From: an uncultured Verrucomicrobiota bacterium
GTDB taxonomy: Bacteria; Verrucomicrobiota; Verrucomicrobiia; JABWAM01
Direction: 5' to 3'
NCBI GenBank assembly: GCA_964475835.1
Contig: CAYYYL010000011.1
Coordinates: 22,494 to 86,493 of the forward strand
Length of the DNA: 64,000 nucleotides
The notes beneath the pieces were generated by a model, which ran no database searches, had not been told where the DNA came from, and saw only the letters and a list, made by a program, of their open reading frames with translations. Of the stretch, positions 59,141 to 64,000 are shown piece after piece. Both the position numbers and the translations under genes were made by a program. Positions within the stretch are counted from its first letter, which is position 1, and every line of letters starts with the position of its first letter.

Positions 59141-59876
59141 GGTAAAAGGTGCACCCCTCAGGGTTGCGATCCAGATTGGTTGACCAACAAAACCCGCCTG
59201 AGATGTAGCCCAGATTCAGGCCAGTGAGATCGATCTCAAATTTTTGCCATTCCTTGGTCAGCTCCACGGGTCCGATTCCGGCTGTATCGCTGTCAGGATT
59301 CGCGCCGTTGATGCCCCCCATTTTCAACTCCTGAAGCACCTCCCCACCCTTCTCCCCACGGATCCAGAAGACCAGTTTCTTTGCCTGGCTCAAATCATAG
59401 CCCCCACGACGCTGCCCCCAAAGATTTCCCGGAAAGCACCAATAGACACCCGCCCACTTGCAGTTCTGACTCGCCCCAGATTTGTATTCAACCCGGATGC
59501 ACGTCTTCCCGGAATGAGGAGCGTCCTTGCAACCTTCATCGAGCCGAATATCCGAATAGTCCCCCATCCAGCCATCCGGACAAAACCCCCGGACACCGGA
59601 ATCCTTGTACACATACAACGGCAGCTGATTCGTTCGGTTTAACCCCGCCTTCCCCTTCGTCTCATCCAAAAGCTCCGCCTCCGCCTGGGAAACCCCCGCC
59701 GCCACAGGAGGCTTCACCTCCTGGGGTTTCGGCTTATGAAGATAGAGATACCCTCCAACACCAAGAACCAATACCACCACTCCACCGATCCCGAGTTGAA
59801 CCAGCTTCAGGCCGCCGCGTTGGGTTGTTGGACGGGTCGTTTCCAAAATAAGACAGTCATCACAGCCTATCTCCAA
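59118..59876 (-). CDS. membrane-anchored protein with Cys-rich beta-sandwich (CBM-like) C-terminal domain
   Basis: 252 aa; TM LKLVQLGIGGVVVLVLGVGGYLYL; C-terminal domain ends ...GCTFYLDDIYYE, reminiscent of carbohydrate-binding modules; overlaps downstream GH start by 23 nt. Confidence 0.4.
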   Translation of the reverse strand: MEIGCDDCLILETTRPTTQRGGLKLVQLGIGGVVVLVLGVGGYLYLHKPKPQEVKPPVAAGVSQAEAELLDETKGKAGLNRTNQLPLYVYKDSGVRGFCPDGWMGDYSDIRLDEGCKDAPHSGKTCIRVEYKSGASQNCKWAGVYWCFPGNLWGQRRGGYDLSQAKKLVFWIRGEKGGEVLQELKMGGINGANPDSDTAGIGPVELTKEWQKFEIDLTGLNLGYISGGFCWSTNLDRNPEGCTFYLDDIYYE

Positions 59877-59933
59877 TGGTTTGATTTAGTCAAGTAGTTC
59901 GCGATCTGGGCAGTGTCCTGATTTTCGTGTTTC

Positions 59934-59962
59934 TGTAGCGGCGGTCATAGAGCGTCGCTACC
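59934..59962 (+). repeat. second copy of TGTAGCGGCGGTC near-palindromic element inside a larger inverted repeat
   Basis: TGTAGCGGCGGTCATAGAGCGTCGCTAC near-palindrome, flanked by GTCCTGATT...AATCAGGAC and CGCGATCTG direct repeats (59901..59998). Confidence 0.5.
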
Positions 59963-60350
59963 GTTTATTGTCCAATCAGGACATTACCGCGATCTGAGCT
60001 CATCCTCCCCAAAACATGTCGTATACCCCGAACTCATCCTGTTTGGATCATGGTTCCATTTCCATTTCCTGAAATCCGGCCTCTGGTTTTTACGCTCTTA
60101 AATGACACAAACCGAACCTATCGGTCATGGTATAATTTCAGAATCCTCGTCGCCCCCTTGATTTCGCTACCCTGGCTAGGGTGGCAGACTCGGGACTTCT
60201 CAAAATGCCCGTCGTTTTCCTCCCCCTGCCTGAGGGGGAGTTAGAGGGAGTGGGAGAATACCTCCCCTAACAGCTTGCTGAAAAGTCGAACGGCCGGGCG
60301 AAAATGCATTTGGCCGTATGACCAGGCGCGAATGACGAGCATCCCCTTGT

Positions 60351-60379
60351 TTGACACTCCTATCGTTCCAACCTAAAAT
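60351..60379 (+). promoter_or_regulatory. sigma70-like promoter for ferritin-like gene
   Basis: TTGACA-N17-TAAAAT, ~28 nt upstream of the ATG at 60407. Confidence 0.5.
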
Positions 60380-60406
60380 AAACCTTTAAAGCCCGTTTCC
60401 AGAGCC

Positions 60407-60994
60407 ATGGACCTTCAACATCCCCCCCTCATAGATCTCCTTCAGCGGGCCTACTCTGCTGAAAAAGCGGCCGCTTTTGCCTACCAGGGGCACGCCGCTT
60501 CCGTCCGGGATGCCGATGAGAAGGCCGCCATCCGTCAGATCGAAATCGATGAATGGAATCATCGACAGGAAGTCCTCGACATCATGCGAGTCTACAATGT
60601 CCCGGTATCCACGTGGTATGAGATTCGCTTCCACCTCATAGGAAAAATCATCTCCTTCAGCTGCCACATCATCGGCTGGTTCATGCCCTTCTACTTCGCC
60701 GGCAGACTGGAAAGCGGAAATGTGTGCGAATACTTCCGCATGAAACAATATTTCCATTCCCTCGGAATCAAAACCCATGACCAGGTCCTGTACGACATGG
60801 GCATCAAGGAAAAGGAACACGAAATCTATTTCCTGGAACGCATCCAGCACCACCGACTTCTCCCCTTCTTCGAAAAGATTTTCGCCTGGGGGAATCGTCA
60901 AAGCTTCAACAATATCGACCTGGATCAAAAATATCCCGTGGAAAAGTCTAGTCTCTATTGCAACCAGGCAAAAGACAGCAGGCATCCGGCCTGA
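60407..60994 (+). CDS. ferritin-like diiron-carboxylate family protein
   Basis: 195 aa; two ExxH motifs (EIDEWNHRQE and EKEHEIYF) on predicted helices, consistent with a four-helix-bundle diiron site. Confidence 0.5.
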   Translation: MDLQHPPLIDLLQRAYSAEKAAAFAYQGHAASVRDADEKAAIRQIEIDEWNHRQEVLDIMRVYNVPVSTWYEIRFHLIGKIISFSCHIIGWFMPFYFAGRLESGNVCEYFRMKQYFHSLGIKTHDQVLYDMGIKEKEHEIYFLERIQHHRLLPFFEKIFAWGNRQSFNNIDLDQKYPVEKSSLYCNQAKDSRHPA

Positions 60995-61035
60995 CTAAAG
61001 CCTTCTAAGTTGAAGTGTAGCCGTTCATGTTTCTG

Positions 61036-61096
61036 GTAGGGCGCGACCGCTGGGCGCGCCGAAACATTACGGACAGCCCGGCGGTCTGTCCCCACC
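61036..61096 (+). repeat. structured palindromic element, family 1, copy B
   Basis: GGTAGGG-GCGCG-ACCGCTGGG-CGCGC-cgaaacattac-GGACAG-CCCGGCGGT-CTGTCC-CCACC; same architecture as 33546..33607. Confidence 0.6.
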
Positions 61097-61110
61097 TTCG
61101 ATCCAAAAAC

Positions 61111-61941
61111 CTACTTCAGAATCTCAGCCACCGCCTGCCGAAGCAAAGGACGTCGCTCCCTGCTGCGCATCACACGATCCTCAATGCTGACCGCGGGGGA
61201 TATTTTCGGCTCCACCCCGATCGTAATCTCATGAATCCGCCATAACAGATCGCCGATGCCCGTCACCTGACCGAACTGAAGCACCAGTTGGTGGAGCTCC
61301 TCACTTTTCGCCTGCAATTTCGCCTGAAAATCGGCTTCATCCTTGTGCGGTCCACCCCGCATGTTCAGGAGCTCATACCACAAACTCTGCGCCCTCCGCC
61401 CCCCCTCTGGATCGATCGCACGCTCCATCTCGTCGAGAACACCCACCGCATAGTCCTGATCATGCTGGCACGCGAGGGCAAAAGGATGGGAAGCCCCCCA
61501 GTCCCTCGTCTTCGCATGCCAGTACATCTCACCCCATTGAGCCCTGGGCGTCTGATCCACCGTTCCCATTCCCACATAATGGACACTCACCTGCACGGGA
61601 CTCTTGAATCGACACCAAACCTTCGTGTAACCCGCATTAGGGTCCGGCGCCTTTTCCAGATACTCCTCGGTCCCATCCTTTTTCCGCACCTTCCAATTTG
61701 CGGTGGCGGGCTCGTTGGCCACAATATCTTCGTACGGCTCCGCCGGAGGCCAGATATCCAGAGTCTCCTTCTCGAGGTACATCAGGCGGTTCTCCCAATC
61801 CTTCCGAAGTTGCTGCTTCTGCGCCGCATCCGTCGGTAATTGATTGGTCACCGCCACAGATTGCTGGGCGAATGCACTCGCAAGACAGATGCCCATGGTT
61901 CCGATCCAGATCCGACAGAGGGTGGGAAAACGCCTGGTCAT
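61111..61941 (-). CDS. secreted hypothetical protein
   Basis: 276 aa; signal peptide MTRRFPTLCRIWIGTMGICLASAFA; no recognisable motif. Confidence 0.45.
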   Translation of the reverse strand: MTRRFPTLCRIWIGTMGICLASAFAQQSVAVTNQLPTDAAQKQQLRKDWENRLMYLEKETLDIWPPAEPYEDIVANEPATANWKVRKKDGTEEYLEKAPDPNAGYTKVWCRFKSPVQVSVHYVGMGTVDQTPRAQWGEMYWHAKTRDWGASHPFALACQHDQDYAVGVLDEMERAIDPEGGRRAQSLWYELLNMRGGPHKDEADFQAKLQAKSEELHQLVLQFGQVTGIGDLLWRIHEITIGVEPKISPAVSIEDRVMRSRERRPLLRQAVAEILK

Positions 61942-62047
61942 ACGGGATGCCGAGACTTCACCACAAGAAACGATTGAGTTTCAAGAATCTTTATCGGATG
62001 CCCTTTGTGCTTCTTTGTAACCGTGCCTTACCCTTTAATGGAAGGTC

Positions 62048-62890
62048 ATGGTCACCCTCGGTAAACGCAACCTGCTTCCCATCGTTCGCGACGTCCCTCC
62101 AGGTCTCATTCTGGACGGCGGTGAACACGGCGACATCCTCCTCCCTGGCCGCTATATCCGTCCCGGACTCGTGGTCGGACAGCTCGTCGATGTCTTCGTG
62201 TACCTCGACTCCGAAGACCGCCTCGTCGCCACCACCGAAAAACCTCTCGCCATGGTGGACGAAGTCGCCACACTCAAGGTCGTCAGCGTCAACCGCCAGA
62301 TCGGTGCCTTTCTTGATTGGGGGCTCTCCAAGGACCTCCTCCTCCCCTTTCGTGAACAAACCAGCCCCGTCGAAGTCGGCGACAAGGTTGTCGTCTGCGT
62401 GTGCCTCGATCCGAAGTCCCACCGCATCATCGCCACCGCCAAACTCGACAAATATCTGAGCCCCCACAAGCCCCCCTTCCACAAGGGACAGGAGGTCTCC
62501 CTCCTCATCGCGGGGAAAACTCCCCTCGGCTACAACGCGATCGTGAATCATCAATACAGCGGTCTGCTCTACCACACCAATCTCTCGGGTCCGTTGAAGA
62601 TCGGACAGACCATGCAGGGATTTGTCCACATGGTGCGTCAGGATCACAAGATCGATCTGCGTCTGGACGCCTCCGGCTACCAGCGGGTCATGCCGGTGAA
62701 GGACAAAATCATGGCCGCGCTGCGGAACCATGGGGGCCGGATCGAATTCGATAGCGACAGCCCCCCGGAAATCATCCGTGCGGAGTTCGGCGTCAGCAAG
62801 AAGGCGTTCAAGATGGCCCTGGGCGCTCTGTACAAAGAGAGAAAGATTCAGTTTGCGAACGCAGGAACGGAACTGGTGGCGAAGAAATGA
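62048..62890 (+). CDS. cvfB: S1 RNA-binding domain protein, CvfB/YitL family
   Basis: 280 aa; three S1-like OB units plus C-terminal winged helix (EIIRAEFGVSKKAFKMALGALYKERKI). Confidence 0.65.
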   Translation: MVTLGKRNLLPIVRDVPPGLILDGGEHGDILLPGRYIRPGLVVGQLVDVFVYLDSEDRLVATTEKPLAMVDEVATLKVVSVNRQIGAFLDWGLSKDLLLPFREQTSPVEVGDKVVVCVCLDPKSHRIIATAKLDKYLSPHKPPFHKGQEVSLLIAGKTPLGYNAIVNHQYSGLLYHTNLSGPLKIGQTMQGFVHMVRQDHKIDLRLDASGYQRVMPVKDKIMAALRNHGGRIEFDSDSPPEIIRAEFGVSKKAFKMALGALYKERKIQFANAGTELVAKK

Positions 62891-63600
62891 AGTCTGTGCG
62901 AAAGACAAAAAGCCTGTATTTCATCCGTGGATTCATGGGCTGCTTTCATTTGCTCCTCGATGGCGACCGAAGCGTTTTCATTGATGCCGGGTTGTTCGGC
63001 GAATGTTTACAGGTTCGCTGGTTATTAAAACGACTTGGACTCAAACCTTCCTCCATTGCCGCCGTTCTCCTGACACATGGGCATCTTGATCACACCGGCA
63101 ATCTCGCATGGCTCAAGGAATGGACGGGTGCAAAAATCTACGCTCATCCTCTCGAACAAAAGCACATCGATGGCACCTATCCCTACAAAGGGATCACCCG
63201 ATGGTGCGATCGACTGGAAACTGCGGGACGTTTCCTTACCCGCTATCGCCCCGTCCCTATCGATGAATTCCTGGAGGACGGGATGGAACTTCCCTTCTGG
63301 GGAGGACTCAAGGTCACGCACCTGCCCGGTCATACGGAAGGCCACTGTGGATTCTACAGCGCGAAGCACGATCTCCTTTTCTCCGGTGACATGTTTGCCA
63401 GCTACTTTTTCAACGTCCATCGTCCCCCGGCCATTCTGAACAGCGCCCCTCACCTGCTCCCCGCGAGCTATGCGAAAATGAAGGCCTTGAATCCGCGCTG
63501 GATCATTCCGCAGCATTACGATGTTCTGGATGGCGCGCTACACAGGAAGCGGTTCGACAAGCAGTCTGAAAAATGGTGTACTGCGGATCCTATATCATGA
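62887..63600 (+). CDS. MBL-fold metallo-hydrolase
   Basis: 237 aa; THGHLDH zinc motif, downstream His/Asp ligands (HLPGHTEGH, GD); 4-nt overlap with cvfB stop. Confidence 0.75.
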   Translation: MKSVRKTKSLYFIRGFMGCFHLLLDGDRSVFIDAGLFGECLQVRWLLKRLGLKPSSIAAVLLTHGHLDHTGNLAWLKEWTGAKIYAHPLEQKHIDGTYPYKGITRWCDRLETAGRFLTRYRPVPIDEFLEDGMELPFWGGLKVTHLPGHTEGHCGFYSAKHDLLFSGDMFASYFFNVHRPPAILNSAPHLLPASYAKMKALNPRWIIPQHYDVLDGALHRKRFDKQSEKWCTADPIS

Positions 63601-63842
63601 AGACTTGGATACGAATTGGTGCACTTTTAATCGCAGCAGTTATTGCTGGCGTGCTGATCAAAAATCAAAGAACTTCTCCTCTCAAGGATCTCGTGATTGC
63701 CTTGGTCCTTCTGACAGGTGGAACAACGGTGGTCTCTCTCGGTGACAAAAACAATGCGACTCATATCGATAAATTTGGTCTCGGACTTCTCGTGGGAGGA
63801 ACGATCTACATATTTGCCGCTATTATTGAATTTTTCCAGTAA
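63597..63842 (+). CDS. small two-TM membrane protein
   Basis: Start at MKTWIRIGALLIAAVIAGVLI; second hydrophobic segment; ATGA overlap with MBL gene. Confidence 0.4.
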   Translation: MKTWIRIGALLIAAVIAGVLIKNQRTSPLKDLVIALVLLTGGTTVVSLGDKNNATHIDKFGLGLLVGGTIYIFAAIIEFFQ

Positions 63843-64000
63843 AGGTGTCAGTCCCCGTTTTGGGTATATTCTGTCCCGCCCATGACACCCTTCACCCTGC
63901 CTCCGGACTACCCCCGCATCAAGAGGGTGAACAGTTTTGAGGAACTCGCCACGACCCGTTTCACTAACGGCATCAATGCTCTCTGTTGGCAGCGCACGCT

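Noticed and set aside
58202-59227. 341-aa plus-strand ORF antisense to the 57851..59140 glycoside hydrolase
   Set aside because: Antisense to a gene with conserved GH motifs. No domain of its own.

Overview
High-GC (~58-60%) bacterial chromosomal segment, gene-dense on both strands. It looks like a PVC-group (Verrucomicrobia-like) genome: a PEP-CTERM protein, many TPR/GT41 proteins, a Bat/MoxR operon, FG-GAP repeats and hopanoid genes. Most of the window is core metabolism, read by eye from the six-frame track. This includes hpnJ'-hpnA, hisA/hisH, wecB, tRNA-Asp(GTC), dinB and the gap-pgk-tpiA-secG glycolytic operon. It also includes corC, uvrC, murJ, ruvC, trpG/pabA, pyrR-pyrB, mgtE and cvfB. 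I see no CRISPR array, integrase, transposase or known defence cassette. The regions worth a second look are: (1) an archaeal-type topoisomerase VI operon (top6B-top6A), where Top6B carries a Lys/Pro/Ala-rich N-terminal tail; (2) a translationally coupled five-gene block, sulP - TPR/GT41 - class-IV aminotransferase - TPR/GT41 - polytopic membrane protein, inserted between a SulP transporter and its usual beta-carbonic anhydrase partner; (3) a cyclic-nucleotide signalling neighbourhood with three CNB-domain proteins but no cyclase. These are a CNB-histidine kinase, a CNB-FHA fusion next to an APH-like kinase and a tandem USP, and a CNB protein paired with an AI-2E transporter; (4) a MoxR-DUF58-DUF4381-BatA-BatB-BatC operon translationally coupled at its 5' end to a clan GH-A glycoside hydrolase and a membrane-anchored CBM-like protein, with a paralogous GH fused to FG-GAP repeats downstream; (5) at least three dispersed palindromic repeat families. 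One shows compensatory stem changes between its two copies, and one supplies the last 7 codons of corC. Other items are a FecR-domain protein with a glycine-rich beta-helix-like C-terminus, a secreted protein made of charged 15-aa tandem repeats, and a small very basic ORF. All calls rest on motif recognition without database searches; coordinates of internal start codons were checked against the sequence.
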